Source: the human T2T-CHM13v2.0 reference genome, Homo sapiens. Taken from it: 64,000 bases of DNA. The DNA lies in the NCBI RefSeq assembly GCF_009914755.1, contig NC_060925.1; one strand, 5' to 3'. Both the position numbers and the translations under genes were made by a program. The first letter of the stretch is position 1. Each line of letters opens with the position of its first letter. The notes under the pieces are model-generated. The model was given only the letters and a program-made list of their open reading frames with translations, had not been told where the DNA came from and did no database searches. Below are positions 25,000 to 36,935 of this stretch, piece by piece.

Positions 25000-25300
25000 G
25001 ACCGTGAGTTCAAATCCCAGTCCAGACACTTCTGAGCTGTGTGACCTTGGGCATGTGTAACTTAACTGTTTTCTCACCTGGAAAATGGGTTCATAAGAGT
25101 ACCTGTATCATAGAGTTGTTGGAAGAATACAAGGGACAGCTTCAAGTAGTATTTGGCACAATAGTATTTGGTCTTGATGAATGTTGGTTGTTGTAAGTCA
25201 TAATTACTCATGCATGGCAGATGGAGAGAGTCATTCAGAGAGGTGAGGTGAGCTGCCCAAGTTATAGAGATGGGATTAGAACCCCTCTCTTAATGTAGGT
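25000..25300. mobile_element. Tail-to-tail MIR pair (+ ~25000-25195, - ~25210-25300)
   Basis: gagttcaaatcccag...ctgtgtgaccttggg; cagagaggtgaggtgagctgcccaag. Confidence 0.7.
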
Positions 25301-25734
25301 CCAACACTCTGGCTCAGCCTGGCAGAAAGGGTGCAAGGGATCCCCGCATAGTGGGACAATGAGTGGGATCCACAGACCTATCTAGGGACTAATGGAATGT
25401 CAGATACACGAACAGCTTGTCCTTCTCTTAGTCTCTGGGTTGTGGGTTTGGAAGCTGGCTGCTTGTTTCTATTACCTTCTAGGAAATATCCTTCTGACTG
25501 ATCTTCAAGTGGTTTCCAAGTATTAAAGTTAATGGTTGAGGAGAAACACTGGAACAAAACATATTCCCTCCCAGAGTTCCGCCAGGCAGCAGGATCCACA
25601 TGAATTTGTAATTCCTAATGGCATCACTCAGGCATTGCTCGGGCATTTAAGCTGCAGGTTGTGCAGCCTATAGACAGCTGGGGTATTGTTACACTGGGCA
25701 GATCTGAGTTGAATTTCTTCTTCCTAATTGTGAG

Positions 25735-26150
25735 AGCCTGGTGTTAAAGATAGATTTTGGAGTGAGACTTCCTGGCTCAGAATCCCAGCTCTGCCTCTTA
25801 CTCTCTGACCTTAGGCAAGCAACTTTACCTCTCCGTGCCTCAGTTTCCCCATCTTGGAAAAACAGGGATGATAATAATAGCACCTATGTCATAGGGTTGC
25901 TGTAAGGATGAATAAATCAAAATGTTGAAAGTGCCTCTGAGAGTACCCAGCACAGGAGAGCTGGTCATGTGTTTGTTGCTACTGTTGTTGCCATTTCACT
26001 GTATCCCTGCAGCTGGGCAAGTCATTGCCCCTCTCTGAGCCTCAGTTTCTATAAAATAGGTGCACTGGTCCTTGTCTCCCAGGAGCTGGGTGAGAATCTG
26101 GTGAAATAAAGTGGTGGAAAGTGCCTAGCCAAATGCCAAAGCGTTATGCA
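25735..26150 (+). mobile_element. Two MIRs
   Basis: gtgcctcagtttccccatc...gatgataataatagcacct; ctgggcaagtca..ctctctgagcctcagtttct. Confidence 0.8.
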
Positions 26151-26499
26151 TTTTGAGGGATTATTAGGGGGATGGCAACATAAGTGTGAGTGGCAGTGAG
26201 GTGAGTGATGAGCTGGGCTATTTAAATGAGAACTTTGAAGCTCCCCAGAAGCCTGTATTCCCTGTCCCCCAGACACTTGCTGTGTTGGAATATCTCGTAG
26301 TTTTCCACTTTCCACCTGGGAGACTGATTTGCTCAAAATTGGCTTGGGGAGGGCAAAGCTCTTAGGGGGTTGAGCACAAAGGGACAGGGAAATTGTAAAT
26401 CTTGCCCCCAACAGTGAGTTGCTGGATGATTGGGAAATGGATTGTTGAATCTCAATCTCTCTGTCTCCTGCTCTTCCTCCCTCCTCTAAAGCAATTGAA

Positions 26500-27130
26500 G
26501 AAGAAGATGGATACCATCTGTCTCAAAGCCGGGCACCTGGAAATCACTCCTCATACCTCCTTCTTCACCCTCCGTGGCTAGTCAGTCACCAAGGCCTAGA
26601 AAGATCCCTCCAGAATAGCACTTGGAGTGACCCAATCTGTTTCCCTGGCTGGAGAGCCCAGTGGCTCTCCCCTGAATGTCTACAATGACATCTAACTGCA
26701 TCTCTTACCTCCTTTCTTGTCCTTTTAGAATCCACTCTCCAAGTAGCAGCTTGCAGAGTATTTAAAAAACACTCATCTGATCGTCCCCCAATTCTTTGTT
26801 GGCTTCCCTTTTTTAAGAAAAATGTTCAAAATCCTATAAAGAAGGACCTGTTTTTACCTTATTTTGCAGAGGGGGTTCAGTCCAACTTCAGTGGCTTTGC
26901 ATATGCCTTTCCTGCCCCCTGGAATTCTCTTCCCTCCTCTCATGATCTCCCTGCCCTCACCTAACTTCCCTGGGGTAACTTCTGCTCATTCTTCAGGTTC
27001 CCGTTGCCTTGCTCACTGATGGAGGCCTTCCTGGCTGTGTCTGGGATCTATGCTCTCATAGCATCCTCTGTCTTTCTTCAACACACTTATTTTTGTAACC
27101 ATCATCCCTCCTGTGACCATCGTTTTAACC
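26500..27130 (+). mobile_element. L2 fragment (degenerate)
   Basis: aatccactctcca...ctttgcatatgcctttcctgccccctggaattctcttccc...ggaggccttcctg. Confidence 0.6.
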
Positions 27131-27149
27131 TCTCCTGGGGGAGTGGTAC

Positions 27150-27956
27150 CATAAAGGCAAGCTCGGGCTGCTATAACAAAATACTGTAAACTGCGTGGCT
27201 TCAACTATAGATTATTTTTTTTTTTCTCACAGTTCTGGGGACTAGGAAGTCCAAGATCAGATGGCGGAAGATTTGGTTCTTGGGGAGGGCTCTCTTCTTG
27301 GCTTGCAGATGGCTGCCTACACACTGTTTCTGAATATGGCAGAGAGAGAGATACAGAGAGAGAGAGAGAGAGAAAGAGCGAGTGAGCACACTCTGATCTC
27401 TCTCTCTTCCTCTTGTCACAAAGACACTAATCCCATCATAAGGGCCTGTATTAGTCCGTTTTCACACTGCTGATAAAGACATACTCAAGACTGGGTAATT
27501 TATAAAGTAAAAGAGGTATAATAGATTTGTAGTTCTACGTGGCTGGGGAGGCCTCATAATCATGGTGGAAGGTGAAAGGTACTTCTTACATGGCGACAGC
27601 AGCAAAGAATCAGAGAGCCAAGCAAAAGGAGTTTCCCCTTATAAAACCGTCAAATTTCACGAGACTTAATCACTACAATGAGAACAGTATGGGGGAAACC
27701 ACTCCTGCGATCCAATTATCTCCCACTGGGACCCTCCCACAACACATAGGAATTATGGGAGCTACAATTCAAGATGAGATTTAGGTGGGGACACAGCCAA
27801 ACCATATCAGGCACCACCCTCAAGACCCATCTAAACCTAATTACCTCCCAGAAATCCTACCTCCAAATACTGTCACATTAGGGATTAGGGCTAGGGCTTC
27901 AACATATGAATTTTTTCTGGGGGGGTGGGGGAGACATAAACATTGAGTACGTAACA
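27150..27956 (-). mobile_element. MLT1A/MST-like LTR interrupted by THE1
   Basis: gggctgctataacaaaatac...ggaagtccaagatc...gacactaatcccatcat | ccaccctcaagacc...gggcttcaacatatgaa. Confidence 0.85.
27447..27809 (-). mobile_element. THE1 (THE1B-like) solo LTR
   Basis: tgtattagtccgttttcacactgctgataaagacata ... gggacacagccaaaccatatca. Confidence 0.93.
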
Positions 27957-28353
27957 GGCAGTTATGTTCCTCTCTGGACCACTGATTCTGAGCACAGTCC
28001 TTGGTAGTAAGCGGACACTCAGAATGTTTGTTAAATGAATGAACAAATGGATAAATGAATGAATGAATGAACAAACAAGTGAATACATGAAAAAAATTAT
28101 AGTCCTGCTTGAACATTGAATCTGGAGGTCCCCCCTAGATTTTGGAGGAACCCTGTGAATCCACGTATGCCTCAAGAGGTCTTTGTGACAACAGGGGAGG
28201 CTGGATAAGACACTATTCAGCAAAGACTCTATCTTTTCTTAGCAGTGACCTAACTGGTAGCAAAGTTGTGGCTTGCTAGGATATTTTGACTTTTTCTGAA
28301 ACAAAAATAAATTTTCGAAAAAGAAGAAGAGGAAAAAGTCACGTGGAACTGCT

Positions 28354-28560
28354 CCGATCTCCCAGCCATGAAATATCCCTCTGGGATTAGATCCCCTGCT
28401 GTGAAGTATTGCCCCATGATTAGATCTCAAGCCATGAAATATAACCATGAATTTAGATCTCCTCCTTGGAAATACAGTTTGCTGATTAGATCGCCCCCAT
28501 AAAATATGGCCTTTGGGTTAGTGCATGCCAGTAAAATATGGCCTTTGATTAGATCACCGC
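28354..28560. repeat. Degenerate ~33-bp tandem array (~6.5 units)
   Basis: GATTAGATC-like cores at 28385, 28418, 28451, 28484, 28516, 28547, each followed ~17 nt later by an AAATAT-like word. Confidence 0.85.
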
Positions 28561-28789
28561 AGGGAAGGCTGAGGTGCTAGCTGAGACTAGGAACTCTCAC
28601 CACATCCTCACAAAGTAAAATATAAATATATGGAGAGGAAGAGAAAGCAGAGGAGGTAAATTAATAACGGTGACATTTTGGAACTTGGACTTTCTTGAAG
28701 GTTGTCAGCGTGAGGGAAGGGATGGGGACAGACCTGGGCGTGTAGACTCCTTCACTGGGTAACCTGGTGCTGGTGACAGCTGGTGTATG

Positions 28790-29005
28790 AGGCTCCCTGT
28801 GTACCCAGAACTGTGCAGAGCACTTCATGTGTGTTAGCTCCTCTAGCTCCCAAGAGGAAGGTGACATTATTATGGTCCCCATATACACATGGAAATTGAG
28901 GCACAGAGAAGCAAAGTCAGTTGATCAAGGACTCATAGCCAGACGTGTCAGAGCTGGATTTGAACTTGGCCCCTCTGCCCCTTGAGCCTTTACCCTTAGC
29001 CACTG
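28790..29005 (-). mobile_element. MIR
   Basis: ggaaattgaggcacagagaag...gagctggatttgaac. Confidence 0.8.
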
Positions 29006-29491
29006 CCCTTTGGTTGGCCCAGCCGATGCCACTCCTGACTTGCGGTGCTAGGGCAGTGTGGCTCCCACAAACCCTCTGCTGCTGCAGGGGTGAGGAGTGA
29101 GGATCCTTGTGAGAGTCAGAGATGAGCTGGCACTGCCCCTGGGCTCACCCTGGGTGAGGAACAGAACAGATAATCCCAGAGTCAGAGCCCAGGGAAAGGC
29201 CAGGGAGGCCCTTCCCCACACTTAACAGGAAGCTCAGGCCCAGAGATGGGCAGTGGCAGCAGGCCCAAGGCCTCATAGCGGGGTGCCAGCAGATCCAGAC
29301 CTTGAAGCCAATGTCGCCCGACTTTGGGGCAAACATCCCCTTCTTGCTATGTAGTTCTCTCTCTCGCTTGCTGAAAGGAGCAGAAAACTAAATTTGGATC
29401 ATGAGTTTATTCAGAGAGATGGCTTAGTGTCATCACCTCCCAGCTCACTTAGTAATCATGTGAGCTGGACATTGTGCTGGGCACCATGGTG

Positions 29492-30150
29492 CAGCCGTCT
29501 CCAACCTTTTTGGCACCAGGAACCAGTTTCGTGGAGGATGAATTTTTCCACAGACCAGGGCAGGGGCGAAGGTTTCAGGATAATTAAAGTACATTGCATT
29601 TCTTGTGCACTTTATTTCTATTATTATTACATTGTAATATATAATGTAATAATTATACAACTCACCATGATGGAGAATCAGTGGGAGCCCTGAGCTTGAT
29701 TTCCTGCAACTAGATGGCCCCACTGGGGGTGCTGGGAGACAGTGACAGATCATCAGGCATTAGATTCTCATAAGGAGCTCACAACCTAGATCCCTCACTG
29801 ATGCAGTTCACAGTAGGGTCCGTGCTCCTATGAGAATCGAATGCCGCTGCTGATCTGACAGGAGGTGGAGCTCAGGTGGTCATGTGAACAATGGGGAGTG
29901 GCTGTAAACATAGATGAAGCTTGCCTGCCATTCGCTTACTGATGTGTGGCCCGTTTCCTAACAGGCCATGGGCTGGTACCGGATTTGAACTTGGTTCCTC
30001 TGCCCTGGAGCCTTTACCCTTAGCCACTGCCCTTTGGTTGGCCCAACCAATGCCACTCCAGGCTTGTGGTATTAGGGAAGTGTATGGCTGCTGCAGGGGT
30101 GAGAAGTGGGGGCCAGTACCAGTCCATGGCCTGGGGGATGGGGACTCCTC
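29492..30150 (+). mobile_element. MER1A hAT-Charlie DNA transposon (with foreign insert 29981-30108)
   Basis: cagccgtctccaacctttttggcaccagg ... ggcctgggggatggggactcct; 8-bp TSD ccatggtg / ccttggtg. Confidence 0.9.
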
Positions 30151-31319
30151 CCTTGGTGGGCCACCCTCAGCCCCCTTCCTGGACAGAGACCCTGCTCACA
30201 GCTGATCCATGTCTGGGAATTGCCCTTGAAGGTCACCGCCAGACCCAAGGTGATGCTCTCCAGAGGTGGCCCCCATCTGTGCTGCTGGATGAGGACACAA
30301 AGCCCTGCCTCTTCCCTCAATTCAGGGAAAGCTGGTCTTAGCTTCAGAGCTCCCAGTGGATCCACAGCCAGCTCCCTCTTTGCCTGGTCTCCACTTTTCT
30401 GCAGAAGCTGTCTTGAGAGTACCGCAATCTCCTGCACACAGCTGTCTATCTCATGGTCTGTTTCCTAAGCATAGTTGTCCCTCTGCCCCTCCGATTCCAT
30501 CTGTGAAATGGGAATGGAACACCTAGCCAGAGGTAGTCTGGAGGCAAGCATGCCAGTGTGCGTGTGATGTGTGCACAAGATTCCTGGCACACACTAAGTG
30601 TTCATAAATATTTGCCAAAATCCCTGCCAGGTCATCTGAGAAAGTCACAGAGAAGGGATTCTTCACCTCTATTCATCTGCAACGTGGGGCCGATAAGCCT
30701 GTCTTATGGGTCATTGTAAACTCTGCTGGGCAGTGCTGGGGACAGTGGGGGTGAGTGGTTCCTCCTCAGACTTCATCTCTGGTCCCTCTTTCTTTCCCTG
30801 CAGGGTGCTCAGTGAAAGCCCCGGGCAGAAGGCTGGCCACTTCTTTATCTCACAGGAGCCAGCCACTGGCCAGCTGTTATCGGGGATTTGTGAGCTTGTA
30901 AAACATGGCCAGCTATCACGCCATCTCCCCAGGGCACAGTGCTTTCTCGGCTGGGCCTAATCACCGGGTGATCTTGGCCTGTGATTGAGGGGAGAGCTGG
31001 GTTACCCTGGGAAGGCAGCAGCCAAGTCCTCTGGAAAAGGCTGGGGTGGGTGGAGGAGCTGGGGGGCATCAGGGCCAGGCCTGCTGGGGCTGACACATCG
31101 CTGGAATGGACCATGGCAGATTCCATGCCCCACTCTTCCTTCTTCTCTTCCCTGCAGGGAGATGGTAGAGTGTGGGGGGACCCTGCGAGGCTCCAGGGAC
31201 CCAGAAGGAGATAATTCCAGAAAAAACATTCAGAACTGCATCAATGTCAGTGGCCCCCTCACCCATTCCTCGTTAAGCACCCACTCAGTGCCAGGCCCTC
31301 TGCTAGGCTATCCAAAGTG

Positions 31320-31480
31320 CTGGACTTTGCTGTGTGACCTCAGGCCAGTCACTTGCCCTCTCTGAGCCTCAAGTGTCCAATAGGAATAATAGTGCCCGTC
31401 TCACCAGGTTACTATGGGGATCCCTTGAGGCAGTGGATATGAAAGAATTGCCTTACAAACTGTGAAGTCCTGTGCCCATA
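31320..31480 (+). mobile_element. MIR
   Basis: ctgtgtgacctcaggccagtcacttgccctctctgagcctca. Confidence 0.8.
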
Positions 31481-33479
31481 AGGATGAGATCAAAGGATAA
31501 GCCTGCATGTGGATTACACACCTAGAGGAATGGCTTTAGAGGGATGAGGGACATCTCAGGGGGACCAGAGAAGGACTCCCGGAGCAGGAGATTATGTGAG
31601 GCTTTGCTGAAGACTCTGGGGGAAGGAGGGGTTGAAATAGAGAGGGCATTCCAGGCAAAGGGAATGGGATCCATACGGTCTGCTGGGCAGGGGATACACG
31701 GGGTGTGTATCCCCTGGCGCGGGAGCACACGGCTTGAGCTGTGTGGATCTGTGGCAGGCTTGCGGGTTGGGGAAGCCGGGCCCATCTGGCTCTGTTTTTC
31801 TGCTGTCATTTTGGATGCTTTTGTGCTGAATTCCCCTTTTGTCACTGTTTCCCTGCGATTTTCTTTTGAACCTGGCATCTGTTTGGGGCTTCATCCGGTC
31901 CCTGCCCCCTGCGTTCTGAGGCTCAGATCTGTTTGCAACCTGGGCATCTGCTCTTAGGGCAGTAGGTGGTTCCGGCTGCCTCAGCAGGTCTCAGAGCCAG
32001 GGTCCGGGATGGGTGGGGCAAGGGCAGATCTTTGTGGAAGGCGCTGGCCCTGCCTGACACAAACATGTGACATCTGCCCTCCTGAGAGTCCAGTAAGAAG
32101 CTTTCTTCCTCCCTCCAGCCCTCCTGGGCCGGGGAGGGCTGCCACGCTCTGTCATGCACACCTGTCTCCCCCACCAGGCTTCAGATGGCAGAAGAGCCCA
32201 GCCTTCCCCAGCACTGGCTTTGGAGCCACGCAAGCCTGGGTGGACTCTTGGCGCTGCATTTACCACGTAAGCATCCTGAGCTAAACCTCCAGAAGCCTCT
32301 GTTTCCTGCCTCTGTGAAATGGGGATCATGCTCCCACTTTGTAGTACCATAAGGATGCAACAAGATCAGTCTTGTCTAACACCTTCTTGCCTGTGGTCAG
32401 CAGACTGGGGCATGAACACGGCTCTGGGCCGGGTCTCTGGAGTCTGTATCTTGGTTCTTTCAAGGCATATTAGTGAATCTCTCCCTGTGCCTCAGTTTTC
32501 TCATCTGCAAGATGGGAATAAGACCTGCTTCATAGAATTAATGGAAGTACTCGAGTCTGTATATCTGCAACATACTTTGAGGGTGCCTGAGGCACAGTTA
32601 GTGCCATGTGGGTGCTCACATTGTCATCCCTACTGGTGTTGTCCTGTGACTTCACTGGGACCCATAGAGGGTAAGGCCATTGCCAGGCTTGCAGCTGGGC
32701 ATACTGGGGACCACAAGGTTCAGCATATGCACCGGGATCCTATGGCTGAGCTAAGATTTGAGTCTGTGTGCTGAGGGCTGGAGAGCAGTGCAGAGGGGTG
32801 ATCAGAAGGCCTGGGTTGGCATCGTTCCCCTGCAATGAATTATCTTGGTGGACAATAGCCAGTTGCTTCCATACTCTGAGTTTAATTTTGGTTTCCTTCT
32901 GCCAGAAAATTGGGATAATCTCCCTCCTGAAGTCTCTGTGAGAATTAAACAAGAAAATAAACGTGAATATCCTTTGAAAGACATAAAATGCAGTGGGCTG
33001 ATTCAATTCGTTTATTCGACACATATTAATTGAATATCTACTAAGTGGGAAGTGCAGCCCTGGCGCTGAGGATCTGGGGTGAATAAGGCAACACTGGAAT
33101 CCTGGTCCTCACAGGCCTTCACTCCAAATGGGCAGCAGGTAGCAACCCCCAAGCAGAGAGACAAGCACACCAAGTTCATGGGGCTGAGACAAGGGGAAAG
33201 AGAAGTGGCCCACAGGGAAGGGGGTGAGGGCTGTGTCCAGGGGCTTTTGAGGAAGGGCATTTGACACCGACAGCTGAGTGAAGAAAGAACAAGCCCAGAC
33301 TTGTGGGGCCAGGGGTAGTAGGCAGAGGGAAGAGCAGCATAGAGGCCCCTGTGGAGAAAAGAGGCAGTGGGAGAGCCAGTGTGGCTGGAGCTGTGGTCAG
33401 GGGCCAGTGCTTACAGGGCCCTGTGGGCCAAATTCAGAATCTGGAATCTAGTCCAAGGGAGACGAGAACCATGGGAATC

Positions 33480-33913
33480 TGTATTAGCCAGGGTTCTCTA
33501 GAGGGACAGAATTAATGGAATATATATATATATATGAATTTATTAAGCATTAACTCACACGATCACAAGGTCCCACAATTGGCTGTCTGCAGGCTGAGGA
33601 GCCAGGAGTGCCAGTCTGAGTTCCAAAACAGAGGAACTTGGAGTCCTATGCTCGAGGGCAGGAAGCATCCAGCATGGGAGAAAGATGTAGGCTGGGAGTC
33701 TAGGCCAGTCTAACCTTTTCATGTTTTTCTGCCTGTTTTATATTTACTGGCAGCTGATTAGATGGTGCCCATCCAGATTAAGGGTGGGTCTGCCTTCCCC
33801 AGCCCACTGACTGAAATGTTAATCTCCTTTGGCAACACCCTCACAGACTCACCAGGATTAATACTTTGCATCCTACAATCCAATCAAGTTGACACTCAGC
33901 ATTGACCATCACA
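33480..33913 (-). mobile_element. MLT2A1 (HERV-L) solo LTR
   Basis: tgtattagccagggttctctagagggacagaa..(ta)n..aactcacacgatcacaaggtcccacaa...caatccaatcaagttgacactcag..ccatcaca. Confidence 0.92.
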
Positions 33914-34451
33914 GAGGCTTTGGATGGGGCAGGGATGGACAGGGTGGGTGTTTGTCTATTATATGCTTATGTAACATACAAATATGGTTTAGCCTACAAT
34001 GGAACAAGCTGAAGGGGAGTTTCCCCCTGAGTGTGTGTCTGTGTGTGTGCTGGATGCTGCCACACTTGAGGACATTCAGGAATCAGAAAAGGGTTGGACT
34101 AGTCAGCCTCAGTAAGCCCTGTGACCTGGAGATTCTGTGGTTTTATGAAGAAATGATCATGTGGGCTGTTTCCTAAGTCCCCAGAGAGTGAAAGAGTGAA
34201 TGAGTGAATTTAGGATAATAGGAATTTAGGATGTGACTGGATGTGAGAGACGCTGGAGCAAACAGGTCAGTAGGGGAAGCCACTGGAATTCCCACTTCCA
34301 CAAAACAGCAGTTCTCTGCTTTTGGTAAAGGGAAGAGAAAGGAGACCCTCCTACTGAGTTAAAAAGGGAGGAGAGCGAACATGTTTCATGCAGGTACCAT
34401 GTGCAGGCTCTGTGCTGACCATTTTACAAACAATCCCCCTTTGACCCTTAT

Positions 34452-34890
34452 TATCTTAGCTTCCTAGGGTGCTATGACAAATGATCATAGACTGGGTGGC
34501 TTAGAACAACAGAAATGTATTCCTTTGAAGTTTGGGGACTGGAAATCTGAGATCAAGGTGTCGGCAGGGCCATACTCTCTCTGAAGGCTCCAGAGGAGGA
34601 TCCTTTCTGCCTCTTCCAGCTTCTGGTGGTTGCCAGAAATCTTGGTGTTCTTTGGTTTGTGGATGCCTTGCTCCAAGCTCTGCCTCTGTGGTCACACAGC
34701 CAACATCTTCCTGTGTGTCTCTGTCCCTTCTCTTCTTATTAAGACCCCAGTCATATTGGCTTTAGGGCTCACCCTCATCCAGTATGACTGCCTCTTAACT
34801 AATTACAACTGCAAAGACCTATTTCCAAATAAATTCACATTCTGATGTTCCAGGAGGACAGGGATGTTGTGGGGTTCACTAGTCAACCCA
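34452..34890 (-). mobile_element. MLT1C-like LTR
   Basis: ctgggtggcttagaacaacagaaatgtattc...ctctgaaggctccagaggaggatcc...gcaaagacctatttccaaataa. Confidence 0.85.
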
Positions 34891-34924
34891 GGAGACCCAC
34901 TCTTTTGACGGAGTGATAATGTCA

Positions 34925-35276
34925 CCCTCTGTTCTCAGACTGCTAATAAAGACACACCCAAGACTGGGTAATTTATAAAGAAAGGAGGTTTAATGAGCTC
35001 ATAGTTTCACATGGCCGAGGAGGCCTCACAATCATGGTGGAAGATGAATGAGGACCAAAGTCATGTCTTACATGGCAGCAGGCAAAAGACCTTGTGCAGG
35101 GGAATTCCCATTTATAAAACCATCAGCTCCCTTGAGACTTATTCACTGCCACAAGAACAGTATGGGTGGAACAGCCCCCATGATTCAATGATCTCCACCA
35201 GGCCATGCCCTTGACACATGGGGATTATTACAATTCAAGGTGAGATTTGGGTAGGGACACAGCCAAACCGTATCAC
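34925..35276 (-). mobile_element. THE1 (THE1B/C-like) LTR
   Basis: ctgctaataaagacacacccaagactgggtaatttataaagaaa...gggacacagccaaaccgtatca. Confidence 0.9.
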
Positions 35277-36699
35277 GCCCCCACTTCACAGAGCATCCAG
35301 AAAGTAAAGAAACTTACCTAAGGCCACAGAGCTAGAAAGTAGCAAAGCTGGATTTGCACCCAAGAGCGTCTTTGATGAGAGTCTTCACTCACTCTACACA
35401 GCCAAGCTGTCTCCAGGGGATGGAATGTCATGCCAACCTCGGAACAGCACAGGGAACTTGGGGTGCTCTGGGTGCCATCGATGGATTATAACGGCTGGAG
35501 CAGGCATGGAGACAGGTCAGTTGAAATGAAGTTGGAATGAGGATCAGAACAGGCTTGGAGGGGCAGAGGAACCCCTTCTTCCTCTTCCTTCTTCTCCACT
35601 TTCTGGAACCTTCTGAACCTAGCACAGAGACCACCATCCTCTAACACCTTCCCAGATTCCCCGGCTCTGTGTGAATGTGTTCCCTTGCTCTGAGCTGCCC
35701 AGCCCTGTTGTCTGTGCCTCTCTGGAATGAATTCCATTCTCTTTGCACCTGGCGTTCTCTTTGGACCTCCTCAAGACCAGGGCTTGCTCTTTTCTCCTGC
35801 ATTCCCTGCACCTAACACAGGCAGCGGCACACAACAGCTACACTGCGGATTCACTGATTCCACAGGAGTTTTTAAACACAATTATGTGTTCAAAGCAGAA
35901 AACACAGACCGGAATGAAATGAAAGACAGTCTGGTGGGGACCAAGACTCATAAACAGATGCTGGTCCCTAGGGCAGTGCATGGCAATAGTAGAGCCCAGA
36001 GAGAAGCCTGGTCCAGACTATGGTATGGGAGGGAGGCAGAGAAGGCTTCCCGGAAGAGGCAGCAGCCAGCGCAAGTGGCAGGTGCAGAGCCCTTGGGCAA
36101 AAGCGAGAGCTCAGCCTTCTGGAACTGCAAGCAGCTTGGTGATGCTGGGGGGTTGTGTGCAGAGAGACTTGGGAAGGGAAAATGTTGATGGAGAGGTCCA
36201 CATGAAGAGGCTGGGGCTTCATCCTGGGGTATCCCTTCTCTTGAGATTGACAGTAGGGTTGAGGAGGATTTGAAGAGTTTAATCAGGGGGCTGAATGTGG
36301 TCGGATCTCTGTCAGATATCCAGAGGCTGGAGGCAGGGAGGCCGGGGAGGATGCCACCTTATAATCCCCGAGAAAGATGCCAGCAGGCTGAATGGATTTG
36401 GGGTTACAGGGAAGGGAGGAGTAATTTGGGTTATTACTAAATGCTCGTTGAGCTGGATTCTGTATTGACCTGCAGGACTCCATCTGACCTAATGGCAGGG
36501 AGGAGAGGCCATGCCTTGGATACTTCCTGAGTCCCTGCAGGGCGCGTCTGCAGAATCCAAGTGTGCAGTGTGCAGCCAAGAGCTCAACAACCAACATACT
36601 TAGATGTCAGCAGGAGAGCCCAGGGTCTGTCCTCACTGCCAAAGCTTAGCAGGGGGCTCCACAGGGTCCTGAAGGTACCCCCTGAAAAATTATCCGTGT

Positions 36700-36935
36700 C
36701 AAGGCTGACCTTTATTGAGCACTGTCTAGTTGACAGAGTCTGTTAGAAGTGCTCTGTTTTATCTCATCGGAGCCACATAATGGCCCCATGAGGTGGTGCT
36801 CTTCTTATATCTGTTTGATAGACGAAGAAACTGAGGCTCCAAGCAGGGAAGTGACTTGCCCAAGGTCACAACCCTAGGCAGTGACGGAGCTGGGACTTGA
36901 ACACATGATCTTGAGCCTCTCAAGCCCAGGCCTCT
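36700..36935 (-). mobile_element. MIR
   Basis: gaagaaactgaggctcc..gggaagtgacttgcccaaggtcaca. Confidence 0.85.

Noticed and set aside
25000-25300. Other opposed MIR pairs (also ~15060-15425 and ~44110-44460)
   Set aside because: Arms show only ordinary MIR-level similarity, unlike the 18.5/20.9-kb pair
28354-28560. CRISPR-like appearance (conserved core plus variable spacer)
   Set aside because: Mammalian DNA, 9-bp core too short, spacers related to each other, no cas genes; treated as a degenerate minisatellite
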